Source: an uncultured Spirochaetota bacterium (GTDB lineage Bacteria > Spirochaetota > Spirochaetia > SZUA-6 > Fen-1364). Taken from it: a stretch of 64,000 nucleotides of DNA. Within the stretch, counting starts at the first letter, position 1; the number at the start of each line of letters is the position of its first letter. Location: contig CAVUXE010000053.1 in NCBI GenBank assembly GCA_963745235.1, positions 64,001 to 128,000 of the forward strand. The letters are read 5' to 3'. Below, one piece after another: positions 21,330-32,460 of this stretch. The translations under genes were made by a program, and so were the position numbers. The notes beneath the pieces are model-generated. The model worked only from the letters and a program-made list of their open reading frames with translations, was not told the origin of the DNA and ran no database searches.

Positions 21330-23018
21330 GCTTTTCCCAGGGTCTGGAGAAGCCCCTGCAGGCTTTCCCCCAGGCTCACGTATTTCTTGTACAGCGTGTT
21401 GTACACCTCGACCTTTTTGCGGTCCGGGACAAACGTCTTGTCGAACCCGCTTCCCATTTTCTTCTGCGCATCAGACACGTTCTTGTAGACGCCCGCGGCA
21501 ACGGCAGCGAACATTCCCGCTCCCAGGGCCACCGCCTGGTCCGATGCGGCAACCTTGATGGGCATGCCCAGGACGTCAGCCGTGACCTGCATGACGAAAG
21601 GGCTCTTGCGGGAGATCCCGCCGATGCCAATGACCGCGTCGATGGGCACTCCCTGCCTGCGGAACTGCTCCACGATGGCCCGGGAGCCGAACGCCGTGGC
21701 TTCCACGAGCGCGCGGAAGATCTTCGGCGCCGTGGTTCCCAGCGTGAGCCCGACGATGGCGCCCTTCAGGGTCTGGTCCGCAAACGGCGTCCTCCTCCCG
21801 TTGAGCCAGTCCAGGGCCACCACGGTGGACTCCGCGGGGTCCACTTTCTCCGCTTCCTCGGCAAGCCGGTCCAGGATTGCGTCCTCGATCTCCTGCTTCA
21901 GCTTCGCGGCGGCAGCTCCGCGCGCGCCCTTGGCGGACGCCGGCGCCACGGCAGTGAGGGGCCAGGCCAGGATGTCCTTGAACCATGCGTACACGTCGCC
22001 GAAGGCGGACTGCCCGGCTTCCAGGCCGATCATGCCGGGAATGATGGAGCCGTCCACCTGCCCGCAGATGCCCGGCACGGTTTTCGCGCCGAAGGCTTTT
22101 GGCGGGACAACCATCATGTCGCAGGTCGAGGTCCCCATGATCTTCACCAGGGTGCGGCCGGTGATCTGACCTCCCACGCCGCCCATGTGAGCGTCGAATG
22201 CCCCCACGGCCACGGCCGTGCCCGGAGTCAGCCCGAGGCGCTTCGCCCACTCGTCCGTGAGCCCTCCCGCCTTGACGTCGGAGGTCTAGGTTTCCGTGAA
22301 CAACCGGGCGCGCAGTCCCTTGAGAACCGGGTCGAGCTTGACGAGGAACTGCTCGGGGGGAAGACCTCCCCACTCCGGGTGCCACATGGCCTTGTGCCCG
22401 GCCGCGCACCTGCTGCGCTTCATGGTCAACGGATCCGTGGTCCCCGTCAGGAGAGCGGCCATCCAGTCGCAGTGCTCCACCCAGGAGAAGGCCGCTGCGC
22501 GGACCTTCTTGTCCTCTCGGAGCACATGGAGGATCTTCGACCAGAACCATTCCGAGGAGTAGACGCCGCCCTCGTACCTGGTGAAGTCCGTTCCGCCCCA
22601 GCGTGCGTGATACCGTGTTGATGAGCTCGGCTTCCTTGACCGCCGTGTGATCCTTCCAGAGGACGAACATCGCGTTGGGGTTCTCCTCGAAGCCTTTCGT
22701 GAGGGCGAGCGGAGATCCGTCGCGGTCCACGGCGCAGGGCGTGGATCCGGTGGTGTCGATCCCGATGCCGACCACCCGGGCGCCCGCCTTCTTCCCGACC
22801 TTCGCAAGGGCTCCCCTGACGGATTGCTCCATCCCCTCGATGTAGTCCCGGGGATGCTGGCGGAACATGTTCTTCGCCGGGTCGCAGTACTTTCCAGCCG
22901 CCCAGCGCTTGTACCATGCCACCTCGTTCGCGAGCTCGGTGCCCTTCTCCGCATCGATGACCATGGCGCGGACCGAGTCGGTCCCGAAGTCCATACCGAT
23001 GATAAGCTTCCCCGACAT
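21326..23018 (-). CDS. araB: Ribulokinase; frameshift near 22610 and in-frame TAG at 22286
   Basis: [62 protein letters not shown]. Confidence 0.93.
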
Positions 23019-23045
23019 CATCCTTTTCCCCCTCTGGTTGTGGCT

Positions 23046-24580
23046 TCAGTTTTCTTTCCTGCTCTGGGCCGGGCACGGCCCGCGGGCCGTGCCTCCCGCG
23101 CTTCCTCCCGCGGCCGGCTGCGCCCTGCCCGGCGGAAACCTGCCCTCCCGCTCGGCGCCCGTGGATGCCGCCTCCCGATCATGGTTGTACACATCCCACA
23201 CAAGGTACCGGGAAAATGCCTCTTCGATGACAGGGGCGATACGGGAAGGATTGATGGCAACGTGATGCTCGAACCCCCGTGAGCAGATGTGGCGCAGCAG
23301 CGCCTGCAGTCGAGGGATCCGCGCCACCGCGTAGCCGCCGAACGTGTTGATGGGGTCCGTGGTGATCTCCCCCTCCCCGACGTACGCGCGGATTCTGCCC
23401 GGCGAAGTCGTCCGTGGAAACCCGGCAGTAGGTGAAGTCAGTGGGCGCGAGCCGGCCCACGACGGTCCCGTAGGTTTTCTCCCTGCCCACGGTCCCCGCG
23501 AGGATCTCCTGGTAGTCCATGACTCCCTTGTTCGCGAAGAACTCCTGGGGAAAGTTGCTGCAGTGGAAGAGCACGCACTTGTCCGGGTCATCGGAGTAGT
23601 TGTTGTTCCAGTCCGCCATGCCGCTGGGCCTTCCCGACGCCTGGATCATTGCATACATCCCCAGGAGCCCGCTGATGTCCGTTTCGCACGCCGACGGGGA
23701 AAGGGCATTGCTCAGCATGCTCATCACGGTGCAGGGAACCACCCCGAAGTTCTCCTCCATCGACGTCCAGCACTGAATCGCGGTGCCGGAAAGCTCCCGC
23801 TCCGCGATGTACTGGTCCAGCACCACGGCGAACTTGGCCATGCGCACCAGGGATTCCCGGGGGATTCTGGTCGTCTTCACGTAGTCCCGGATCTCGTCCA
23901 GCTTGGAGAGCACGGAGGACTCCTTGTCGTTCAGGCCCCACGCGCGGCCGAAAATCTCCGAGAGGTCTATGCTCTCCACGGAGATTCCCGTCCGTTCCAG
24001 GAGCTTCTCGCTGTAGCGCACGGTGGCGAAAGCCGCCGGTCGGGCGCCGATCTGCGCGAAGCGGGCCTTTCGCATTCCCTTCACCACCCGGCATGTCCCC
24101 GCGAACTCTCGCAGGTCGGACGCGGAACGCTTCTGACTCCGGGTCCATGGTGTGCTCCGAGGTGAGGGAGTAGCGAATGCCGTACTGGGTGAGGTTGTTG
24201 CATGCGGACATCTTGCCGCAGAAGCTGTCCCGCCGGTGCTCGATTGCCATCCGTCCCGGCTCATCGGGGAACGCGTGGACCAGCACCGGGACATCCAGCC
24301 CCGACAGCTTGATGGTATCCGCGATCCCGCGCTCATCACCGAAGTTCGGGAGGGTGACAAGGATTCCGTCGATCTTCTCCCGGTTGGCCTTGAAGAGCTC
24401 CGCGCACTTTTTCGCATCCGCATGGGATTCCACGGATCCGAACTTCGTGTCCTTCGGGCCCAGCGCCACCGCTTCCAGCCCTTCCTCCTTGAGGACCGAA
24501 AGGATGATCTTTCTTCCCTGCTCGCAAAGCTCGGCCGGGAAAAAGCCCCGGTTGCCGACAAGCACACCGAGCGTGGTCAT
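23046..24580 (-). CDS. L-fucose/L-arabinose isomerase-family protein; frameshifts near 24130 and 23400
   Basis: [43 protein letters not shown]. Confidence 0.85.
23072..23093. other. Perfect GC-rich inverted repeat between the isomerase and araB
   Basis: GGCACGGCCC-GC-GGGCCGTGCC; no U-tract, so a possible mRNA-stability hairpin. Confidence 0.4.
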
Positions 24581-24648
24581 GACGCACTCCTTTTTCGTTT
24601 TCAGCAGAGACGGGTTTCAAAGACGATAATTCGGGTGGCCAGGGAAAG

Positions 24649-26279
24649 TCAAGGAGAGGCAGAGATCCGGGAAGAAGGTACGCCATGATCATGGTGATGG
24701 CGCTGACGATCAGGGCCATCGCCACGCTGTGTCCGATGGTGGACCTGAGGATCACGCCCTCCTGGCGCGGCAGCCTGGCGGAGACGGTTGCCACCGAGAT
24801 GCTCTGGGGAGAGATCATCTTGCCGGCGACCCCGCCGGTGGCATTCGCGGCCACGGCCAGTCCCGGGCTCATCCCCAGGTTTTCCGCCGTTGTGCGCTGG
24901 AGGGAGCCGAAGAGGGCGTTCGACGAGGTATCAGAGCCCGAGAGAAGGACGCCGAGCCAGCCCAGGAGCGGCGAAAACAGGGGGAAGAGGGCCCCTGTCG
25001 CGGCCAGGGCAAGGCCGAGGGATGAGTTCATCCCGGAGAAGTTCATGACGTACGCGGTTGCCAGGACGCAGCAGACGGTGGCTATGGTCCCTTTCAGGCT
25101 TGCGATGGTCCGGCCCAGGCATGCCAGCCCCTTCCGCGGCCCCATACCCGGGAGGATGAACATGGAAAGCGCACCGGCGAGGAAGATGGCCGTGCCCGGA
25201 GCTGAGAAAACGGCAAACGAGTACAGCGCCCGGTAGGGCGTCACGGAGGCGACAGCGGGCGGGGCCCGCAGAATCCGTCCGTCCAGGAACGGCCATGCAA
25301 AGGTGATGTCAAGGCGCTGCAGGGCGTGGCGAACCGGGCCGGCCGCCCAGAGGAGGACCAGGAGCGACATGAGCAGGTACGGCGCCCACGCCCGCAGGAC
25401 TGAGATGCCGGGCGCTGAGGCAGCTCCCGTCAGCCTGGCTTTTGCGCCGGGGAAATCCCACGCATTTCGCGGCTTCCAGATCTTGAAGAAAAGCCACAGC
25501 CCTGCAAGCGTGACGATTGCCGAGAGGAGCCCGGCGGTCCACGGCCCGTTGTATGTCGAGATCAGGAGCTGCGTGCCGGCGAAGAGACAGCCGGCGACGA
25601 GGATGGCAGGCAGGACCTCGAGGCTTCTTCTCCAGCCGCAGAGAACGACGCACAGCCACAGCGGCACAAGGAGCGTCAGCGGGGTGACCATGCGCGCGAT
25701 GACCCGTCCCAGCATGATCACGTCCAGGCCGCTGACGGCGGCTGCGGCGGCTACGGGAACGCCCGCGGCGGCGAACGCCACGGGCGCGCTGTTGGCAAGC
25801 AGGCAGATCGTGGCCGCGGGTCGGGACTCGAAGCCCAGCCCTACCAGCATTGCCGCCGTGATGGCCACCGGCGTGCCGAATCCCCCTGCGCCTTCCAGGA
25901 ACGCTCCGAAGGCGAAGGCAATGAAGATCGCCTGCAGCCGTCTGTCAGAGGTGATCGAGGCGAGGGTGGAGCGGATCAGGTCGAACTGGCCGGAGGCCAC
26001 GCACAGCTCGTGGACCCACAGGGCAGAAACCACGATCCACAGGATGGGGAGCACGGCGAAGGCCACGCCAAAGAGCGCCGAAGCCGCGGCGGGAACAGGC
26101 GGCATGCCCCAGAGGCCGACGCCAAGGGCAAGCGCCGCGACCAGCGAGGAGAGCGCGGATGCCCACCCGGGGAGCCTGCCCCAGGCAAGGAGGACGAAGA
26201 TGACGACAAGAGGGACCGCGGCAGCGAGGGCTGAGAAGGCAAGGCTTCCAAGGGGAGCGTACGCCTGGGTCCACGCCAT
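24649..26279 (-). CDS. lctP: L-lactate permease (3' end approximate; stop lost by frameshift)
   Basis: MAWTQAYAP, DRRLQAIFIAFAFGAFLEG, GFGTP, SGSDTSSNALFG, GKMISPQSI. Confidence 0.92.
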
Positions 26280-26382
26280 GGGACGCCCAGTTGATCATGT
26301 CCACCGCCGTTTGTCTACCCGGATTCGACCTCCGAGTCTCCGGGCGGTCTTCCGACTGGGCCTCGCTGCTCGAGGTTCTTTC

Positions 26383-27513
26383 TCAGCCGCCGAACTCCGC
26401 GGCAATGCGCTTCATCCACTCGTGCACGGGGACTTCCTGCGGGCACTTGCCCTCGCATTCCAGGCATTCGGTGCACGCCCCGGCGCGCGCGGAGGGCGGG
26501 AAGAACCCGAACTCGCGCCTGGCCTCCCCGGGGTTCGAAAACGCCACGGCCTTGTTGTAGACGTCGAGCACCCGCGGGATGTTCACGCCGCTTGAGCACG
26601 GCATGCAGTAGTTGCACTGCGTGCAGGGGATGGGGCGAAGCTTCTCGTATGCGGCGGCCACCTCGCGCACGATGTCGAGCTCCCGGGCAGAGAGCGAGCC
26701 CACGGCCGCATTCTCCGCGCTTGCAAGGTTCTCCTGGACGTGCGCCATGTTGCTCATCCCGCTCAGGACGGTGCTGACCTCGGGCTTGTTCCATACCCAC
26801 TGCAGCGCCCAGTCCGCCGGCGTCCGGCTCTTCGGAGCCTTGTCCCAGAGGGTCTTCACCGGCGGCGGCGGGTTCACGAGATTGCCTCCCATGAGAGGCT
26901 CCATCACGGAAACCGCAAGCCCTTTCCCGGCGGCGTACCGAAGCCCGGCCGTTCCTGCCTGGACCTGCTCGCTCGCATAATTGTAGAAGATCATGCAGAA
27001 GGTCCACCTGTCCCAGGCGTCCACGATCTCCTTGAATGCCGAGAGCTCGTCATGGAAGGAGAAGCCCAGCCACCCGATCCGCCCGGCGGCCACCTGGCGT
27101 TCGACCCATTCCTGGACGCCGAGCTCCCGGCCTTTCTTCCACGTCCCCCTGCTCAATGAGTGCAGCAGGTACAGATCGACATGGTCCGTCTGCAGCCTGT
27201 CCAGCTGCTCGTTGAACAACCTGTCGAAGTCCCCCGGCTGCTTCACAAGCCACATCGGCATCTTGTCGGCGAGCTTCACCTTCTGGCGATACCCGTCCTT
27301 CAGGGCCTTGCCGAGTGCAACCTCGCTTCTCCCCCCGTGATAGGGGTACGCCGTGTCCACGTAGTTGACCCCGGCATCTACCGCGGAACGGATCATGCGG
27401 ATGGCGAGCTGCTCATCCACCTTCTCCGGGGCCCCGAGGGTGGGAAGCCTCATGCAGCCGAAAGCGAGAGCGGAAGCGTTCCACCCGGTGCGGCCAAAGC
27501 TCCTGTATTTCAT
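26383..27513 (-). CDS. Aldo/keto reductase with C-terminal 4Fe-4S dicluster
   Basis: FGCMRLP, NYVDTAYPY, GFSFHD, MEPL, CTQCNYCMPC and CTECLECEGKCPQ. Confidence 0.92.
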   Translation of the reverse strand: MKYRSFGRTGWNASALAFGCMRLPTLGAPEKVDEQLAIRMIRSAVDAGVNYVDTAYPYHGGRSEVALGKALKDGYRQKVKLADKMPMWLVKQPGDFDRLFNEQLDRLQTDHVDLYLLHSLSRGTWKKGRELGVQEWVERQVAAGRIGWLGFSFHDELSAFKEIVDAWDRWTFCMIFYNYASEQVQAGTAGLRYAAGKGLAVSVMEPLMGGNLVNPPPPVKTLWDKAPKSRTPADWALQWVWNKPEVSTVLSGMSNMAHVQENLASAENAAVGSLSARELDIVREVAAAYEKLRPIPCTQCNYCMPCSSGVNIPRVLDVYNKAVAFSNPGEARREFGFFPPSARAGACTECLECEGKCPQEVPVHEWMKRIAAEFGG

Positions 27514-27522
27514 GACGATCTC

Positions 27523-28815
27523 CTATGATTTCTTTTCAAACCGGCTGTTGGACAGAAGAAGCGCAAGAATGAACCCGATGACCAGGAAGCCGCCGCTCGC
27601 CAGAAAGGCGAGCGTGGATGCCCGGTCGGGAACCTTGTCTTTCAGGACAGCGACGATCTGCGGGCCCACGATGCCGCCCGCAGACCACGCGGTGAGGATT
27701 GCGCCGTACACGGCCGGCATGAGGCGCGGACCGAACACGTCGCCAATGAATCGCCGGCATGGTGCCGAAGCCGCCCCCGTAGCACAGGAGCACCCAGCAC
27801 GCGAGGACGGCGAAGAGCCAGGGATTCCCGGCGATGGCGAGAACCGCAAACACGATGATGCCCGAGCCGAGCATGATCCGGAAGGTCTGCGCCCTGCCGA
27901 TCCGGTCCGAGACGGCGCCCCAGAAAAACCTGCCAACTCCGTTGAACAGTGAGCTGACGGCAATGAGCGTGGCGCCGAAGCCCGCCAGGGCGAGCGCGGA
28001 GAGAGTCGGGTTCGTGCCCTTCAGAAGGCTCTGCAGCAGCGGGGACTGAAAGCTGATGATCGAGATGCCCGCTGTAATGTTGCAGAAGAACACGACCCAC
28101 AGGAGCGCGAACCGGCCGGAGAAGATCGCCTTCGAGGCGGAGACGTCGTCTTCGACCCTGGGGCCGCGCGTGTTTGAACCGGCGGGGAATACCCCCTGGG
28201 CAGCCACCCCGCCGGCGGGTCCTGCATGAACCAGGCAGAACCGACCGCCAGGACGACAAACACCGCCGCAAGAAGGAAGAAGACAGGGACCAGGCTGGCG
28301 CCGCCGGTGATCGAAAGGAAAAGAGGGGCAAGCAGCTTGCTCATGAAGAGCGCGCCGAGGCCGAACCCCATGATGACCATGCCGGTGGCGAGCCCCTTCT
28401 TGTCGGGGAACCATTTTGCAACCGTCGCAACGGGGGTCACGTAGCCCAGTCCGAGGCCGATCCCCCCTATCACGCCGTAGCCCAGATACAGGAGCGGCAG
28501 AGACTTGATGCTCAACGCCACGCCGCCCAGCGCGTAGCCCAGCGCAAAGAGCAGGCCTCCCCACATGGCCATTTTCCGCGGACCGATTCTCGAGAGCCAT
28601 GTCCCTCCCCAGGCCGCGGTAATCCCGAGGAAGAGGATGGCAAAGGAAAAGATCCACGCGACTTCGCTGTTCGACCAGCCGAAATCCGCCTTGAATTGGC
28701 GCACCAGGAGGTCCTGGAAAAAGCTCCAGGCGTAGACGGTGCCCAGGCAGAGCATGAGGACCACGCCCATTGCTGCGATCAACCAGCGATTCGCGGTCTG
28801 CGATTTGTCGGCCAT
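27523..28815 (-). CDS. OFA-family MFS transporter (oxalate/formate/L-lactate type); frameshifts
   Basis: GTVYAWSFF, KWFPDKKGLATG, FNGVGRFFWGAVSDRIGR, YGGGFGTMPA. Confidence 0.88.
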
Positions 28816-28869
28816 ACGGATGCCTCTCTTTTTCTGGCAGGGCTGCTTTGAATGTGCGGGCTTGATCAG

Positions 28870-28910
28870 TGATATATCAGATTCGCGGCGAATTGTCAAC
28901 AATTGTTAAC
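28870..28910 (-). promoter_or_regulatory. Promoter with palindromic operator-like sites upstream of MFS-AKR-lctP
   Basis: Perfect TTGACA -35 on the minus strand; palindrome TGATATATCA and near-palindrome AATTGTCAACAATT. Confidence 0.5.
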
Positions 28911-29593
28911 GGGAGAGTTAACGGAGACGGAGAAACGCCCAGGTACGCGCCGAAACCGATGGTGACTACGCCGCACGCCCCCATGATGCCAGAGGTGACC
29001 CCGGGGGGGATGCTTCGACGGCCCAGGCACAGGACGGTGGATACCGCCGTGTACCAGCCGAAATCCCCCAGCTCGTGCCCGAGGTAGAATGCCAGGAGGG
29101 CCTGCCATCTCTGCAGCGTCACGTCGAAGCGCACCAGGAAAGCGGAGCCGATGGTGATCCACCAGACCCAGAAATAGGGATTGGAAAGGGAAACAAGCGC
29201 CCCCGCAAACGCAGGCTGCGCGGGGCCGGCTGAGGGATTTGCTGGATCTGCCCGCCGCGGCCCGGTTTGCAGGTTGAGGGCGCGCCCCCGGATTGCCTCG
29301 CGGATCAGGCCAATTCCCATCCACGCCAGGAGCAGGGCTCCCGTCGCTCCGATGATCTTCGTGGCTAGTGGTGAGTGGAGAAACTCCACCACTCCGCGCA
29401 CGAGCCCGAGCAGGAGCAGGGCTTCCAGCGCGGCGTGCCCTATCACCACCCGCGGGCCGAGCAGCCAGCCGCCGCGGCCGGACTGGACTGTGCGGGCGAT
29501 GGTGTACGTGAGCATGGGACCGGGCATCAGGGCGCCGCTCAGGGACATGACAAAGGAGAGGGAGAAAACGACCCAGAGGCCGGCGAACGTCAT
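28877..29593 (-). CDS. LysE-family translocator (3' end uncertain)
   Basis: LSGALMPGPM, GHAALE, SLSNPYFWVWW, GHELGDFGWY. Confidence 0.85.
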   Translation of the reverse strand: MTFAGLWVVFSLSFVMSLSGALMPGPMLTYTIARTVQSGRGGWLLGPRVVIGHAALEALLLLGLVRGVVEFLHSPLATKIIGATGALLLAWMGIGLIREAIRGRALNLQTGPRRADPANPSAGPAQPAFAGALVSLSNPYFWVWWITIGSAFLVRFDVTLQRWQALLAFYLGHELGDFGWYTAVSTVLCLGRRSIPPGVTSGIMGACGVVTIGFGAYLGVSPSPLTLPLTIVDNSPRI

Positions 29594-30912
29594 GGAGCCT
29601 GCGCCTCCGTTGCCGCGGCCGCAATCTGCGGCGTCACTTTTGAAAGAGAATCCACGTTGAATCTGAAGGAGCCGAGATCCGCGGTCTCCCCGGGCATCAT
29701 GGAAATGACCGCATCGATGACCGACGCCGGCACGTCGATCTGCCGGGACAGGAGCGCGCGGTGGTCCGTCTTGAACTGCCGGATCCGGCCGAACGACTCT
29801 TCTATCCTGCGGGCAAGATCGTTTCCCATGGCCGTGCCCCTGCAGGCGGCGCTGAGAACCCCTGCAAATGCCCTGCTGGTCTGGGCCGCGGACCCTTCGA
29901 GGATCACGAAGTCGTGGCCAGCCAGGATTGCGCGCACAGCCCAGGCGGCGGTCGGCTCCAGGGCCGCCAGATCCACCGCTTCCGGGCTTCGCGGGGGTAT
30001 GCCGCCCAGCACGCTTCGGTCGGCGTAGTTTCTCAGCATGAGCAGGCCATCCGACATCAGGAGCCCCGCGAATCCCGTTTCCTTGCGGAGGAGCCCGACC
30101 CACGCGGGGCTGAACGTCACGATCCGGCTGTCGACCAGGGAATCGTTGAGGTGAGTCGTCATGAGGATGTTCGATTCGCGGGCAAGATCTCGAAAGACTG
30201 AAAAGCGCGCCTCCGCGGCGCTCGGGGGGACACGCGTATCCGGGGACGAATGGTGAAGATTTGCATCCGAGGGGAGAAACGGGAAATGCTTGAGCACCGG
30301 CTCGATGCCAAACCGCTGCAGCTCGTTCACGATCACGCGGGCTCGGGATTCAGTGGACGGGTCCCTCGTGCTGTCGTCTACGGTCGGCCCCAGCGCGACA
30401 TTCATCCCCAGGGCGGAGAAGACGAACGCATTCAGCTCCGCATTGGTCCGCAGCTCCCCGTCCGGCATCGCCCGGTACCTGCCAATGAAGCCCCCCACGT
30501 ACCCGTCCCCGAACGTTGCGCTCACCGAATGCCCCGCGGCGCGCGAGCGAAGCCGGACAATGTCGCAGCAGAGCAGAAGAGGGAGCGTCGTCATGGCGGA
30601 CAGCGCGCGGTTGGTCCTGCGGATCTTCTGGTAGTCCGACGAGCCGTAGTGTGGAATGACGCCCCCCACCTGGAGCTTCTCCACCAGGGGAGCGAAATCC
30701 GGCTCGAGGGCCAGAGGTTCCCCTGGATAGCCGAACCCGTCCACGTTGACGATGAAGAGCTGGCCCAGCTCCGACTCCAGGAGCCTTGCCCGCCCGATGG
30801 GAATGCCCAGCCTGCCGCGCGCGGCCAGGGAATCCACGACGGGCGAATCAGCCCTCGCGGAGGCGGGAGCGAGGAGGACGAGGATGATCATGGCCAGGGG
30901 CAAAAACCGCAT
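29590..30912 (-). CDS. Secreted glycoside hydrolase family 3 N-terminal-domain protein (divergent)
   Basis: Signal peptide, LGQLF, VGGVI, LGMNVALGP, KHFP, MTTH, GFAGLLMSD, AILAGHD. Confidence 0.75.
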   Translation of the reverse strand: MRFLPLAMIILVLLAPASARADSPVVDSLAARGRLGIPIGRARLLESELGQLFIVNVDGFGYPGEPLALEPDFAPLVEKLQVGGVIPHYGSSDYQKIRRTNRALSAMTTLPLLLCCDIVRLRSRAAGHSVSATFGDGYVGGFIGRYRAMPDGELRTNAELNAFVFSALGMNVALGPTVDDSTRDPSTESRARVIVNELQRFGIEPVLKHFPFLPSDANLHHSSPDTRVPPSAAEARFSVFRDLARESNILMTTHLNDSLVDSRIVTFSPAWVGLLRKETGFAGLLMSDGLLMLRNYADRSVLGGIPPRSPEAVDLAALEPTAAWAVRAILAGHDFVILEGSAAQTSRAFAGVLSAACRGTAMGNDLARRIEESFGRIRQFKTDHRALLSRQIDVPASVIDAVISMMPGETADLGSFRFNVDSLSKVTPQIAAAATEAQAP

Positions 30913-30965
30913 TTGTGTGCGGAGGCACTCTACACCTTTGCGCGGATTTGGGACACAATCCGGAC

Positions 30966-31397
30966 ATGAGACTTCCGTGGTCGCCCAGGGCCAGCGGGCC
31001 CGGCGGATCTGACGCCACCATCCGAACGAGCCAGCCGGGATGGTTTGAGCGTCTCGCGAGGGCGTACCGGGACAGGCAGCCGGTCATGCTCGTTGACGAT
31101 GCGCAGGTTGGTATTGACCCGCAAAGCCAGTCCCTCGTGGCCATGGGGATCAAGGCCGGCCTCTCCGCCGCGGACTGGGCCGCGGTTGGGGTAGCTGTCG
31201 GGATAAGCGCGGCCGGGATGGTCATGGTGGTGCTTGCGTTCCTGGATCCCGAGCCTACCAGCAAGCTCGGTCTCCTTGTGGGCGGCGGCGCGGTGTGCAT
31301 CCTCACCGGCGGAATGACTGCCGTGGCCGTGCTGACCCGTCGCAGGCCTCCGAACATCGAAATGAGCGCCGGCGGCTTCAAGATCAGCTGGGAATAA
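30966..31397 (+). CDS. Hypothetical membrane protein (two TM helices flanking DPEPTSK)
   Basis: 143 aa; Gly/Ala-rich hydrophobic hairpin. Confidence 0.7.
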   Translation: MRLPWSPRASGPGGSDATIRTSQPGWFERLARAYRDRQPVMLVDDAQVGIDPQSQSLVAMGIKAGLSAADWAAVGVAVGISAAGMVMVVLAFLDPEPTSKLGLLVGGGAVCILTGGMTAVAVLTRRRPPNIEMSAGGFKISWE

Positions 31398-31442
31398 GTT
31401 ATACTTCGACACCCTATGCCATCGGGAGTCGAAGCATGTCGA

Positions 31443-32429
31443 ATGAAAGTCACCCTGACCGGGGCGACGGGTCACGTCGGCACAGCTCTTGCCACGCTCC
31501 TGTGCGAGCGCGGTTATTCCGTCCGGGCCGTCCTGCACACGCGGACCACAGGGCTCGAAGGTCTGCCTGTCCAGAAAGCGGAGGCCTCACTCGCCGACAC
31601 GGAGTCCCTGCGGCGCGCGTTTGCCGGCTCGGAGGTCGTGTTCCACGCCGCCGCGCGGATTTCCATCACGCGACGCGACATGGCCGAGGTGGCGGCAACG
31701 AACGTGACGGGCACCCGCAACGTCCTGGATGCCTGCCGCGCGGCATCCGTGCGGAGGCTCGTGCACTTCAGCTCTATCGAGGCGTTCAGTCCGAGGCCCC
31801 TGGATTCGACCCTGGATGAAGACAGGTCGCTGGAAGATGGCAGAACAGGCTCACCGTACGCTCTTTCCAAGGCGCGGGCGGAAATCGAGGTGCGAAATGC
31901 CATTGCCGAGGGCATGGATGCCGTTATCCTGAATCCCACGGCCGTCGTCGGCCCTTACGACCTGCGGCCTTCCCTCATGGGCCGGGCCATCATGGCCTTC
32001 GGGACGGGGGCGATACCGATGTTGATAAACGGCGGCTACGACTGGGTGGACGTGCGCGACATTGCGGAGGCGGCTGTCTGCGCGGCGGAGAGCGCTCCCC
32101 GGGGCGCGAGATACCTGCTGGGGGGCACCTGGGCATCCATGGGAGAAGTGGCCCGGCTCGTATGCGGTGCCGCCGGCAGGCGCGCGCCCCGCCTTACCTG
32201 CCCGTATGTCGTGGCTCGCCTCAGCGCGCCCCTTTCCAGCATGATCTCCCGCCTGGCTGCCAGGGAGCCTCTGTTCACGGGGTATTCCCTTGCCGCGCTC
32301 CGCGGCAACCGCTCGATCAGCCACGCGCGCGCCGAGCGCGAGCTGGGCTATCGGCCTCGCGACCTGGGTGAAACCATCCGGGATACCTGGCGGTGGTTTG
32401 TGGAAAAGGGGCTGGTTCGGGAAGCTTGA
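31443..32429 (+). CDS. NAD-dependent epimerase/dehydratase (dihydroflavonol reductase/HpnA-like)
   Basis: TGATGHVG, VFHAAA, YALSK, VDVRDIA. Confidence 0.9.
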   Translation: MKVTLTGATGHVGTALATLLCERGYSVRAVLHTRTTGLEGLPVQKAEASLADTESLRRAFAGSEVVFHAAARISITRRDMAEVAATNVTGTRNVLDACRAASVRRLVHFSSIEAFSPRPLDSTLDEDRSLEDGRTGSPYALSKARAEIEVRNAIAEGMDAVILNPTAVVGPYDLRPSLMGRAIMAFGTGAIPMLINGGYDWVDVRDIAEAAVCAAESAPRGARYLLGGTWASMGEVARLVCGAAGRRAPRLTCPYVVARLSAPLSSMISRLAAREPLFTGYSLAALRGNRSISHARAERELGYRPRDLGETIRDTWRWFVEKGLVREA

Positions 32430-32460
32430 TTTTATCCCCTCCCGTACGCACCTTTTCCGT

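Noticed and set aside
24336-24650. Long C-terminal extension of lactate permease overlapping the isomerase
   Set aside because: Read-through from a lost stop; the extension is low-complexity off-frame sequence.
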